Source: Candidatus Bathyarchaeum tardum
GTDB lineage: Archaea; Thermoproteota; Bathyarchaeia; Bathyarchaeales; Bathyarchaeaceae
Reading direction: 5' to 3'
DNA length: 64,000 bases
NCBI GenBank assembly: GCA_024650005.2
Contig: CP122380.1
Coordinates: 1,472,001 to 1,536,000 of the forward strand
The notes beneath the pieces are model-generated. The model did not search any database. It worked only from the letters and a program-made list of their open reading frames with translations, and was not told the DNA's origin. Positions 29,139 to 38,961 of the stretch are shown here, in pieces (within the stretch, counting starts at the first letter, position 1; every line of letters starts with the position of its first letter). The position numbers were made by a program, and so were the translations under genes.

Positions 29139-29954
29139 ATGAATCTACTAAGGGATAAGGGCGAGTTAACAAAATTTCAGATTCTTTTTGAAATAAAACG
29201 AAAACAACCCCATGTCAAACAAGACGATATCAGCAAGACCCTAGGAATAACAGTGCAAGCAGTTTCAAAGCATTTTAAAAAACTCATCAATGAAGGGTTA
29301 ATCGAACCCGGAGCTGACAAAGCAAACTATATGTTAACTCCCAAGGCCATCGAAAAATTACAGGAAGGAGCCAAAAGCCTAGAAAGATATGCCCTTAGAA
29401 TAGAAAGCGGATTAAAAATTGAACGAGTCTGGCCTGCCCTTGCAGCCCAGCCCATAAAAGCTGGAGACCAAGTCGGAATCATAATGAAGGAAGGCATAGT
29501 TTATGCAGTGCCTGCTGACCATTCTGATGCCAAAGTTTTTGGAGTTGCAACAACGGACGCAAAAACAGGGGAAGATTTGGGTTTTGAGTACCTAAAAGGA
29601 AAAGTCAAAGTTGAACGTGGAAGAATCCTAATAGTCAAACTGCCCAGCATAAAAGAAGGGGGTTCCAGATCTGTTGATTTTGCTAAAGTGAAGAAACTCT
29701 ATAAAGAATTTCAGCCCGACAGAATTGGGGTCATGGGTTCTGTGGGAAGAGCCGTTTTAAATAAACTGGAACTCAAAGCAGACATCGAATTTGGCATTAA
29801 CCGAGCAGCAGCTATTGCAGCTTTGCGGGGTTTAGATGTTTTTGTTCTTGTTGTTGGCAGAATGGCGAACCGAATGATAGAAGAAATTGACGAAATGAAC
29901 ATCAAGCGCACAATTAACATACCGTATGAGATGAAAGACGGGAGAAAAACATGA
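29139..29954 (+). CDS. Winged-helix (MarR-like) transcriptional regulator with a large C-terminal domain (archaeal COG1497-like)
   Basis: TKFQILFEI, DISKTLGITVQAVSKHFKKL HTH, Y.LT wing. Confidence 0.75.
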   Translation: MNLLRDKGELTKFQILFEIKRKQPHVKQDDISKTLGITVQAVSKHFKKLINEGLIEPGADKANYMLTPKAIEKLQEGAKSLERYALRIESGLKIERVWPALAAQPIKAGDQVGIIMKEGIVYAVPADHSDAKVFGVATTDAKTGEDLGFEYLKGKVKVERGRILIVKLPSIKEGGSRSVDFAKVKKLYKEFQPDRIGVMGSVGRAVLNKLELKADIEFGINRAAAIAALRGLDVFVLVVGRMANRMIEEIDEMNIKRTINIPYEMKDGRKT

Positions 29955-30676
29955 GCGAGAGCCAAAGCTCCTTTCAAACCCAAAGAAAAAATTTAGAATC
30001 AACTAGTTTTGATGATGAAACAAACCAAGAATCATGTTCCGAACTTTTAGATGCCTTAGAAAAAATTAAAAGCAAAATTGCCCGTGGACCTGCACCCGCC
30101 TTTACTGAAGCCCACGTGATTAAAACGGTGGAAATTATTGCCAATTACAAAATAGTAGGACGAACAATCCTGTCAAATAAACTTGAACTGGGAATTGGAA
30201 CCACTAGAACTATTTTGAAGCATCTCAAAAACTATGGATATATCGCCAGTTCAAAGTTTGGTTTTGAGTTGTCACCAAAAGGAAAAAAACTATTTTCACA
30301 AATTCAATCAAAAATCAGCCAACGAATCCAAGTACCAAAAAATCAGTTAGCTGTCGGTCCCGTAGTTGTTGCAGTTTTAGTAAAAAATGCAGGTCACAAA
30401 GTAAACAAAGGAATCGAACAAAGAAACACCGCAATAAGGGCAGGAGCAGCAGGGGCAACCACATTAGTTTATTGTGACAACAAAATAGTCATGCCTTTAA
30501 AGAAAAAACACAGCACCAAAGGCCTAAAACAAATACAACAAACAGCGACCAGCAAACTAAACCCTCAAAACAACGATGTAGTAATTCTAGGTAGCGGAAC
30601 AACTCCAACAAACGCAGAAATCGGAGCTATAATGGCAGCAATAAAACTACTAAAAAACAACAACATAAACAAATAA
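29951..30676 (+). CDS. wHTH protein with a DUF4443-like C-terminal domain
   Basis: GRTILSNKLELGIGTTRTIL HTH; GIEQRNTAIRAGAAGATTL; ATGA overlap with the upstream gene. Confidence 0.65.
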   Translation: MSESQSSFQTQRKNLESTSFDDETNQESCSELLDALEKIKSKIARGPAPAFTEAHVIKTVEIIANYKIVGRTILSNKLELGIGTTRTILKHLKNYGYIASSKFGFELSPKGKKLFSQIQSKISQRIQVPKNQLAVGPVVVAVLVKNAGHKVNKGIEQRNTAIRAGAAGATTLVYCDNKIVMPLKKKHSTKGLKQIQQTATSKLNPQNNDVVILGSGTTPTNAEIGAIMAAIKLLKNNNINK

Positions 30677-31134
30677 CATCTTCAACTAGGTTACGAATTG
30701 TTATCTTGAAAGATTATAGAGCGTTGGTCAAAACAAAAATAGAACCATACCTCGGATTCTTACATTCAGTTCAACACGGAAAACCTAGTTTAGTTTGTGA
30801 CAATCAAGATGTTTACAGATACCTGATTGATGACTATCTCATTGAACATGAACAAAAACTATGTAAGAAAGATTTTGTTGTTGTCACTGATTTTCTGATG
30901 CGCCTAAAAATGGGAAAACGAGTTCACTTATGCGGATACGAAGCTGATGCCCTAGCAGCAGATGGATTAAACAAGTTATTTGAAAAAAGGGTTGAAATTC
31001 CAAGAATCAAACATGGCAAACGACAAACATTGGACACTTTGATTACCGAAGAATTAATTCTATTAGCTAAATATTTGCGAAACGAAAGAAAACAATGGCA
31101 ATCAAGAATTGCACAAATAGGTTTAGCTTTATAA
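30675..31134 (+). pseudogene. cas1: Decayed C-terminal fragment of a stand-alone Cas1
   Basis: EPYLGFLH...KPSLVCDNQDVYRYLID motif; upstream NIFN(L)GYELLS*KI(Y)RAL can be rebuilt only with two frameshifts and a TGA. Confidence 0.75.
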
Positions 31135-31176
31135 TCCAATGAAATTTAATATACTTTTGACAATTCTTATCTAGCA

Positions 31177-31848
31177 ATGTCCGTATTATTTGAAAAATAT
31201 TTGTCTAATTATGGTGGTGTAAATGATTGGTATCTTCAATCATTTAACCGGTTAAAGGAAAATTTTTTTCTGAATAATATTCTGTATGCTGGAAGTTGGA
31301 TTCACATAACACCGTCTCTAGTGTTCCCCAGGGTAGTTTATGTAGATATTTTTTCAAAGATGAAACAGTTTTTCACTAACCCAGAAGTAATAAATTACAT
31401 AACAAAAAACGCAACAACAAAAAACAAACCCGAAATAGTTTTTCATCAATCAGATTATACCAAAGATTTTGGTGAGGCAAAAAATAGCTTTGATTTACTC
31501 ATATCATTGAACAGCGGTTTTGTCTCTCAAGCTTGTTCATCGTACTTGAAAAAAGATGGTTTACTTTTCGCAAACAATGAACATTTTGACGCCATTACAG
31601 CTTATGTTGACCCCAAATTCAAAGCCATAGGTATATTTACGAAATCAAACAAATTAATTCAAACAAAAAGAGAAGTTGAAACTTATTTTATTACAAAAGA
31701 AGGCTCACCAATAACCCGTGAAATGGTTGAAGAAAACAAAAAAGGTCACCTTCAAAAGCTAAATTCAAATTGGAAAAAAAAGCCCAACTATATCTTTTCC
31801 AAAAACTTGGATAATTGTAACCTCAATTTCTTTATCACATGTGTGTGA
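31177..31848 (+). CDS. Hypothetical protein, SAM-dependent methyltransferase-like fold; possible frameshift near 31740
   Basis: ILYAGS, VYVD, FDLLISL, YLKKDGLLF. Confidence 0.55.
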   Translation: MSVLFEKYLSNYGGVNDWYLQSFNRLKENFFLNNILYAGSWIHITPSLVFPRVVYVDIFSKMKQFFTNPEVINYITKNATTKNKPEIVFHQSDYTKDFGEAKNSFDLLISLNSGFVSQACSSYLKKDGLLFANNEHFDAITAYVDPKFKAIGIFTKSNKLIQTKREVETYFITKEGSPITREMVEENKKGHLQKLNSNWKKKPNYIFSKNLDNCNLNFFITCV

Positions 31849-32083
31849 GTTTTTTGATATTGTATTTCGTTTTGTGTATTGTGAAAAGATGAGTAGATAT
31901 TGGTAGGGGAGTAGAGTTAAACAGAAAGAGAAAGGGTAAAAAGGTTAAATTTTAACTCTAGAACTCAAGGTCTTCTTGTGAGTTATGTAGTTTTATATGA
32001 AAAGTATGAAATTACTTAAAATGGAGTTCTGAGGATTATTTTAACTCACTAGTGTTAAGGGTAAAAATTGAGTTTGCTGATTA

Positions 32084-32524
32084 ATGGTTAGTTGTTTGCT
32101 TTGCGGAAAAGAGTATAATACACAACGAGGCTTGTTTTCACATTTAACTAGGGTCCATGATGTCCGGGACCAAAAACAAAGATTGTCCCTTTATGTTATT
32201 GCTGATTTTTTCCCCTTAATTGACAAAAGAAGTTGGACTAAAGCTGAAACATTACTGCAAGAACTAAAAAAGGAAATAAAAAACAACGAATGGACAATGG
32301 GGTACATTCTCGCCTTGGAAGGCATGATTTCTGCATTAAAAGAAGACAGCTCTCAGGAACCCTACATTTATAGTTTAAAAGACTGCAGCTACAAACAACT
32401 CCAAGAAGTAAAAACAAACTTTAGTGAATTCAACAAAAAACTCGCACCCAAAATCGATTTTGATGCAGCTTATTTTCAAGCATGGAACGACTTCACATAC
32501 TACAAAATGAACTCAAAAATCTGA
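32084..32524 (+). CDS. Hypothetical protein with N-terminal C2H2 zinc finger
   Basis: CLLCGKEYNTQRGLFSHLTRVH (Cx2Cx12Hx4H). Confidence 0.65.
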   Translation: MVSCLLCGKEYNTQRGLFSHLTRVHDVRDQKQRLSLYVIADFFPLIDKRSWTKAETLLQELKKEIKNNEWTMGYILALEGMISALKEDSSQEPYIYSLKDCSYKQLQEVKTNFSEFNKKLAPKIDFDAAYFQAWNDFTYYKMNSKI

Positions 32525-32819
32525 AACAAGAATGAAGAAGTATCATACCGAAAAACAACTTTCACAGCTTTTTCGAGACTTTTACGGACGTTTACAGCCT
32601 TTTACAGCAGAATCTAAACTTAAAATAAACCCAATTAGAGCTCTATTTCCAAAAATAAGCCCAAAAATCAAATCAATAACAAAAATTTTTTTCTGAAATC
32701 GTCACAACAACTACTTCATTCATGAAAAATCGGAACATAATAATAAATAGATTAGAAAAGATTAAATCATTCAAAAATGTATATAACTACAAATACTAGT
32801 ATAGATTTGAGGGAATAAA

Positions 32820-33602
32820 ATGAAAAAAACCGTATTAATTCTCACTTTAGTGCTGGCATTAAGCCTTAGTCTTAACGGTGCACTTTATTTTTTTATAACT
32901 GAAAAAGACTCAAACATTAGTTCCCTTGAACGAAAAATAGAATCCATAACAGACAAGTTTGAAGCTCTGACAAACGATTTTCAAGTCCTTAATTCAACTT
33001 TCCAAGAATACAAAACCAATCACAGCCACTCCAACATTGAATACGACGAACTAACGAGCAGCTACGAACAACTTACAGAAACATACGAAAATTATGTATC
33101 AAACCATACTTTTTCGAATTCACAATACACTACACTTCAAAACCAAGCTACAAGCCTTCAAAACCAATTAGATGAATTGAACCAAAATTATCAGGACATA
33201 ATTGAAGACTATGACAAATTGTTAGCTGATTATAGGTTGATTAATGGTCCTATTTCAGAATTTGATACAATAGATGATTTTGAAATTGAATTATACGTCA
33301 ACAAGACAATCTATTCGTATACAGACCCAATTTTTGGTAATTTGAGCGTCTATTACACCAACGGAACCGCTTTTCAGGGAAGTTTTTTCCTTGCCATATT
33401 TTATGAAGGTGGAGGAGCCTCGTCATCTGGAATGTTTGAAGTTAATGGAGATGGAGAATTCATTGTTGAACCCCCGTATTCATTTAACTTTGGACCCGGA
33501 GACTACACGATACATATTGGTCAACTTTTAAATGTTGATGGTTATTCTGTTGCAGTTTGGGATGAACTACAACATATAGCGGTTAGAGTTGAAGCAAAAT
33601 AA
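32820..33602 (+). CDS. Secreted/membrane-anchored coiled-coil protein with a beta-rich C-terminus
   Basis: Signal/TM helix, heptad pattern, acidic Ig-like tail. Confidence 0.7.
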   Translation: MKKTVLILTLVLALSLSLNGALYFFITEKDSNISSLERKIESITDKFEALTNDFQVLNSTFQEYKTNHSHSNIEYDELTSSYEQLTETYENYVSNHTFSNSQYTTLQNQATSLQNQLDELNQNYQDIIEDYDKLLADYRLINGPISEFDTIDDFEIELYVNKTIYSYTDPIFGNLSVYYTNGTAFQGSFFLAIFYEGGGASSSGMFEVNGDGEFIVEPPYSFNFGPGDYTIHIGQLLNVDGYSVAVWDELQHIAVRVEAK

Positions 33603-33651
33603 GTTTCATAATATTCTGCTAAACTACCCAGTTCTCTCAAAAGTTAGTGTA

Positions 33652-36600
33652 TTATTCGTTTGCTCCTTCTAGTACACCTTCGATTTCTAAGTAGAGTCGT
33701 TGGAGTTCTTTTTTCATTTCTTCAGTTGCGTTCCATAGGTTTCGGTTGATGGTTTCTAAAAGGCGTTCAAGCATGTTTTGTAAAGCATAGGGATTGACTT
33801 CTTTGAGCCATTCTTGCATTTTTTTGTCTAAAACATACTTGTTGGCCAAGTCTTCGTACATCCAGTCTTCAACAACTTCAACGGTGGCATCCCAGCCCAT
33901 AACATCATCAAGAGTCTTGGATAAAGTACCAGCACCAGCATAACCATGACGGACCATACTATCAATCCATTTAGGATTCAAAAGACGGGTACGAAAAACA
34001 TGGCACGTTTCTTCAGCAGTGGTCCTAATTTTTACCCTGTCGGGGTCGGAACTGTCCCCACAAAAAGAGCGGGGCGCCGTTCCAGTTAACGTTTTAACAG
34101 AAACAATCATGCCCCCATGAGCATCATACCAGTCATCACAATCCAAAATGTCATATTCTCGGGAATCTTGATTTTTTACAGTTGCTTGAATTTCACTAAG
34201 ACGGGATTTGAAACGCTCAGGCACTGATTCACCGTAAACTTTTCTGCTGTAAGCATAACTGCCCCAACTGATGTATATATCACTGAGATCTTCTTGGTTT
34301 TCCCAATTCTTGGAACTAACCAACTCACTTACGCCACAACCATATGCTCCCGGGCGGTCCCCAAAAACACGGTAATGAGCTTCTTCCCGAGCTTGATTCT
34401 CATCAACTCCTTCCGTGACACGTTCACGAACTTCATTTTCCACGTGTTTTCTTACAAAATTTTGGTCCAAAGACTCATCAAGACCTGCAACCAAAGCCAC
34501 TGCATCATCAATAAGATGAACAATATTAGGAAAAGTGTCCCGGAACAAACCACTAATCCGAACAGTAGCATCAATTCTAGGACGTTTAAGCTCTTCAAGA
34601 GAAATAAGCTCTAAACCTTTTACCCGACCACTGGATTCTTCCCACACTGGTTTTACACCCATTAAATACAAAATTTCTGCAATGTCGTCCCCTTTTGTTT
34701 TCATGGTATCTGTTGCCCACAAAATAGTGCCAACACTTTCAGGATAACTACTCTCCTCCTTCAAATAACGTTCCAGCAAACCCTCAGCCAATGCAACACC
34801 CACACGCCAGGAAGCAGGAGAAGGAACAGCACGGGGATCAACAGAATAAAAATTTCTGCCCGTCGGCAAAACATCCGCCATGCCTCTTGTAATAGAACCA
34901 GAAGGACCTGGAGGAACAAAACCAGCTTCAAAAGCAGAAATAACATTGAACAATTCATCAGTAGTTTTTTTCAACGCAGGAACTAGAAAATTGGCTACAT
35001 ATTCCAAACACTGTTTCACTTTCGGGTCACTGCAACCAAGCACATCTAACAGAATGGCATCAATTTTAGATTCAGCAAAACCCTTTGCATTGAACTGTTT
35101 CATTAACTCCAAAGCAATACCGTTCATTTCTCTGATCACGTCACCATTTGTCCGCCCATCAGAACGAAACTTTCCCTTGTTCGCAAGCAAATCCTCATAA
35201 TCGTAGCCTTTCAACTCAGCAAGAGACTGCCGCAAAGACGGAGTAGAACCATTGCTTAACCGAGTTAAAGTAACCAAAAACTCTTCTAAACGCTCACCAA
35301 CAGGGGGCTGACCAAGAGTATGTAAACCATCCCGAAGCTGAGCATCAGCCAAATCATGCAAATAAGAATGCAAGGTTTCTAAGAAGGCATCAAAATCAGC
35401 AAAAACAACATCTGAAGTTACGTCCAGATCATGATCCAGCTTGCCTGCAACAACGGTTTCCCAAATCACTTTTTGCAAAACAGGCAACTTTTCTTCATCT
35501 ACAAGCTTCGCATGATAATATTCCTGTAGATGAACTTCAAGTTCTGCTGTTTCTTCATATGAGTCAGCGTTATGCATTACAGGAATCAAGTAATCAACAA
35601 TACAACAGTAACTTCGCCGCTTTGCCTGTGTGCCCTCCCCAGGATTCGTAATAACATAAGGATACACGTTAGGCAAATCAGAAATTGCTACATCGGGAAA
35701 ACAAGAACCAGACAAACCTACAGATTTACCAGGCAACCACTCCAAGCTTCCATGGGTTCCAACATGAATCACTACGTCTGCTTTAAACACATCCCGAATC
35801 CAACGGTAATATCCGTAATAATGATGAGACAACGAAAGATCTGGACTGTGATAGCTTGCTGAGTCATCCCCCAAAGTACCTCGTGGAGGCTGAAGGCCAA
35901 GGAAAATGTTACCGTTGATTATTCCAGGCACAATCAAATTATTTTGATAACTAAAAAGCTTGCCTAGGGGCTCGCCCCATTTTTCCGTCATTTTTTCTTT
36001 AGCATCAAAAGGCAATTCGTTAAACCATTCAAGATATTGTTTACTTGATGTTTTTCCAACTGCACGTTTTGCAAGCTCTTCGATGCTCAACCACCGTAAG
36101 TCGTTAGTCAAACCATTGATTATCCCATCAATCAATTCTTGTCCACTGTCAGGGATATTATCCAAAGTATAGCCTGCATTTTTCATATCAATTAACAAGT
36201 TCAAAACCGAAACAGGAGTATCTATTGCAAAGGCTTTGCCGATAGTGTCATTTCGCGGAGGATAATTATGAAAAATTATTGCAATTTTTCGTTCCCTATT
36301 GGGAACATGTTTTAGTTTAGCCCAATTAATGCTTAATCGCGCAACTTTGTCCACACGTTCAGGAATCGGTTCAAATTGAAGGATTCTAGTTCCAGTAAAA
36401 GAGCTGATTTTAGTTGAATCCATTGCCGCCGTAGGCACAGTGACAAGAAAACCATCAAACTCGGGCATAACTACACTAGGGGGAATGTCGATGAAACTTA
36501 ATCCCTGCATAGTGTCACGCCAGTTTTCAAAACTATTGACTGTTGTTATCGCCTTAATTAGGGGAACATTAAGCTTAGCTAAAGCCTCAGAAGCTTTACT

Positions 36601-37350
36601 ACTTGAAGAAGTCAACGAAAAACTCAAAACACTGACTATCGCGTCAATGACTGGTTTTCCGTTTTTCATGAAAAAATTCTCAATAGTATTAACCAGATTG
36701 CCCCCATGGGATACTGCAATAGCGTTTGCACCATGATGCTCAATAGATGCAATTAAACTGTCAACAAAACTGGTGTTTTCTCCACGCAGCTGAGTAATAT
36801 GAAATAAAATACCGACAGTGGGCTTCCCAGATGTAAGTTTTGTTTCAAAATATTCGTCCAAAGAAACAATCTTGTCAAAATCAGGATGATAAACACCTTC
36901 CCATTGAATTTTTTCTGGAGGGCAAACATCATAATTAGCACCAGTAAAACGATTGACCAAATACAATAGTAGATTCTCAAAATTCTTTTTTCCATTATAC
37001 TGAAGATACTTCAAAATTCGCTGCTTATCTTTTTGCTCAACATTACATACGCTGGGTTGATCCTTGTTTGGAGAAATAATTAATGTTGGAACATTTGAGC
37101 TGTTTAATGTTGCTACAAATCGTTCATAATCGGGAAATTCACCCATCAAATGGGCGATAGCTATATGAGATTTTTTGGAAAAATCAAGAAAATCGTCCAT
37201 CTTGCGGAAGTTTTCACCAGATATTCCTGTTTGGATACGAACATCCACTATGTCGCCAAATTGTTGGTTTACAGATTTTACTGCTGAAACAAGAGGTACT
37301 GTATCAGTTATTACTGTTGCAACGTAAACCAAACGGAGTTTAGTCACCAA
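33652..37350 (-). CDS. cobN: Cobaltochelatase large subunit CobN
   Basis: HNYPP, HVGTHGSLEWLPGK, GEGTQAKRR, LPTGRNFY, RLLNPKW; TTG/GTG start after GGAGGT. Confidence 0.95.
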   Translation of the reverse strand: MVTKLRLVYVATVITDTVPLVSAVKSVNQQFGDIVDVRIQTGISGENFRKMDDFLDFSKKSHIAIAHLMGEFPDYERFVATLNSSNVPTLIISPNKDQPSVCNVEQKDKQRILKYLQYNGKKNFENLLLYLVNRFTGANYDVCPPEKIQWEGVYHPDFDKIVSLDEYFETKLTSGKPTVGILFHITQLRGENTSFVDSLIASIEHHGANAIAVSHGGNLVNTIENFFMKNGKPVIDAIVSVLSFSLTSSSSKASEALAKLNVPLIKAITTVNSFENWRDTMQGLSFIDIPPSVVMPEFDGFLVTVPTAAMDSTKISSFTGTRILQFEPIPERVDKVARLSINWAKLKHVPNRERKIAIIFHNYPPRNDTIGKAFAIDTPVSVLNLLIDMKNAGYTLDNIPDSGQELIDGIINGLTNDLRWLSIEELAKRAVGKTSSKQYLEWFNELPFDAKEKMTEKWGEPLGKLFSYQNNLIVPGIINGNIFLGLQPPRGTLGDDSASYHSPDLSLSHHYYGYYRWIRDVFKADVVIHVGTHGSLEWLPGKSVGLSGSCFPDVAISDLPNVYPYVITNPGEGTQAKRRSYCCIVDYLIPVMHNADSYEETAELEVHLQEYYHAKLVDEEKLPVLQKVIWETVVAGKLDHDLDVTSDVVFADFDAFLETLHSYLHDLADAQLRDGLHTLGQPPVGERLEEFLVTLTRLSNGSTPSLRQSLAELKGYDYEDLLANKGKFRSDGRTNGDVIREMNGIALELMKQFNAKGFAESKIDAILLDVLGCSDPKVKQCLEYVANFLVPALKKTTDELFNVISAFEAGFVPPGPSGSITRGMADVLPTGRNFYSVDPRAVPSPASWRVGVALAEGLLERYLKEESSYPESVGTILWATDTMKTKGDDIAEILYLMGVKPVWEESSGRVKGLELISLEELKRPRIDATVRISGLFRDTFPNIVHLIDDAVALVAGLDESLDQNFVRKHVENEVRERVTEGVDENQAREEAHYRVFGDRPGAYGCGVSELVSSKNWENQEDLSDIYISWGSYAYSRKVYGESVPERFKSRLSEIQATVKNQDSREYDILDCDDWYDAHGGMIVSVKTLTGTAPRSFCGDSSDPDRVKIRTTAEETCHVFRTRLLNPKWIDSMVRHGYAGAGTLSKTLDDVMGWDATVEVVEDWMYEDLANKYVLDKKMQEWLKEVNPYALQNMLERLLETINRNLWNATEEMKKELQRLYLEIEGVLEGANE

Positions 37351-37477
37351 TTTACCTCCAAGCAATGAAACAATTAAAAGTAATTATGTGTAAAATATCG
37401 CTAAAGCATCCACATACATTATTCATGTTTTTTGTAAGTATCCATTTCTTCAACAGATATCAACCCAGTTATTGCGG

Positions 37478-37494
37478 TTGGAATAACCCTCCAA
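37478..37494. promoter_or_regulatory. Operator copy TTGGAA-N5-CTCCAA at the cobN promoter
   Basis: Directly downstream of minus-strand AAAAAAATGTTATATT (BRE/TATA-like). Confidence 0.6.
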
Positions 37495-37589
37495 GAATAT
37501 AACATTTTTTTCAAACAAAGTTAACCAAGGGTTGAATAGCTTGTGCTAAATTCATTTAAATTTGAATGCTGGTATCCGAAAAATTTGTC

Positions 37590-37606
37590 TTGGATAATCC
37601 ATCCAA
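37590..37606. promoter_or_regulatory. Operator TTGGAT-N5-ATCCAA at the cbiB promoter
   Basis: Perfect half-sites abutting ATATTTATAC. Confidence 0.7.
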
Positions 37607-37768
37607 ATATTTATACGGCACCACATAACGATAAACAATTCATGAGCAACAAAAACGATGACAGATCGGTTGATATTTCAAACCCATTGAAAAGGAAGTA
37701 GCCTTTGATGTTCAAACGTGTAATGAGAATAAGAACATTAGTTAGTTGTAGACGTAGTTGGTTGTAAC

Positions 37769-38731
37769 ATGTTTGAAGGAAATATTTCGTTTCTTTTTGA
37801 TTCTTTGTTAGTATTTATTTTGGCATTTTTGATTGACATACTTTTTGGCGAAGCTCCAGACCGGTTTCATCCAACCCTATGGATGGGAACCATTGCAGGG
37901 CGCCTTAAACCTAAATTAAGAAACGATAACCCTAAAATTGAAAAAATTAATGGAATTTTTCTTTGTTTAGGTCTTCTTGCCTTATTTGTAACTCCCACAT
38001 ATTTCGGGGTGTTATGGATTCGTGAATCATTCGGTTGGTTAGTTTACATTGTTGCCTCTGCTTTGATATTACAGACCACTTTTGCAATTAAGTGCATGAA
38101 ACAATACACTTTGCCTGTTGCTGAGGCAGTTGAAAAACAAGATTATGAAACAGCGAAACAGTATCTACCCTTTATTGTAAGGCGCAACCCAAACGGACTG
38201 ACTAGTCGTCACATTATTTCTGCAGCAGTGGAAACAATAGCAGAAGGAACCACCGACGGGATTACGTCACCCTTTTTTTATTTTGCATTGTTTGGAGTTT
38301 CAGGTGCAGTTGCTTTTAGGGTTATTAACACATTGGATTCAATGGTAGGATACAAAGATAAAGAACACATTAACATTGGTTGGTTTTCTGCTTCAATGGA
38401 CACCATAGTTAATTATATTCCAACCAGACTAACTGCAATTTTGATGGTTTTATCAGCATTCGTGTTAAGAAATGATTGGAAAAAATCATGGAGAATTTTG
38501 AGAAGAGATAATAAGAACACAATCAGCCCAAATGCAGGGTGGACAATATCAGCAATGGCTGGTGCGTTAAACATACAACTAGAAAAACCGGGTCACTACA
38601 TTATTGGAGATGAAAACAGTCTATTACCCATGCACATAACTAAAGCCCTTCAGATAATGCTAATGACTTCAATATTGTTTGTAATTTTTGTAGTGTTTCC
38701 TTTGTTGTTTTTGAGAGTAACAGCAATCTAA
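37769..38731 (+). CDS. cbiB: Adenosylcobinamide-phosphate synthase
   Basis: FGE...HP, AVETIAEGTTDG, INTLDSMVGYK, SPNAGW..SAMAGAL. Confidence 0.93.
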   Translation: MFEGNISFLFDSLLVFILAFLIDILFGEAPDRFHPTLWMGTIAGRLKPKLRNDNPKIEKINGIFLCLGLLALFVTPTYFGVLWIRESFGWLVYIVASALILQTTFAIKCMKQYTLPVAEAVEKQDYETAKQYLPFIVRRNPNGLTSRHIISAAVETIAEGTTDGITSPFFYFALFGVSGAVAFRVINTLDSMVGYKDKEHINIGWFSASMDTIVNYIPTRLTAILMVLSAFVLRNDWKKSWRILRRDNKNTISPNAGWTISAMAGALNIQLEKPGHYIIGDENSLLPMHITKALQIMLMTSILFVIFVVFPLLFLRVTAI

Positions 38732-38961
38732 AAAACAGAGTAGATTAGGAAAATCAAAACAACAAGGTTTTAAATAACATTTTCAAATATAAACAATCTA
38801 AAAATTAATCGTTTATGAGAAAAATCTGCCGTAAGAAAAAATTTTTCCATTTTTGTTTATTTTATTCATTATCACTATGAAATTGCCAATTTTTTCGATT
38901 AAAATAACCCCTCAGCCCCCAATCCAGCCCCCAAATTCGCATACTTAATAAAGCAGTAATT

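Noticed and set aside
30675-33650. CRISPR array or cas operon near cas1
   Set aside because: No regularly spaced repeats and no other cas genes
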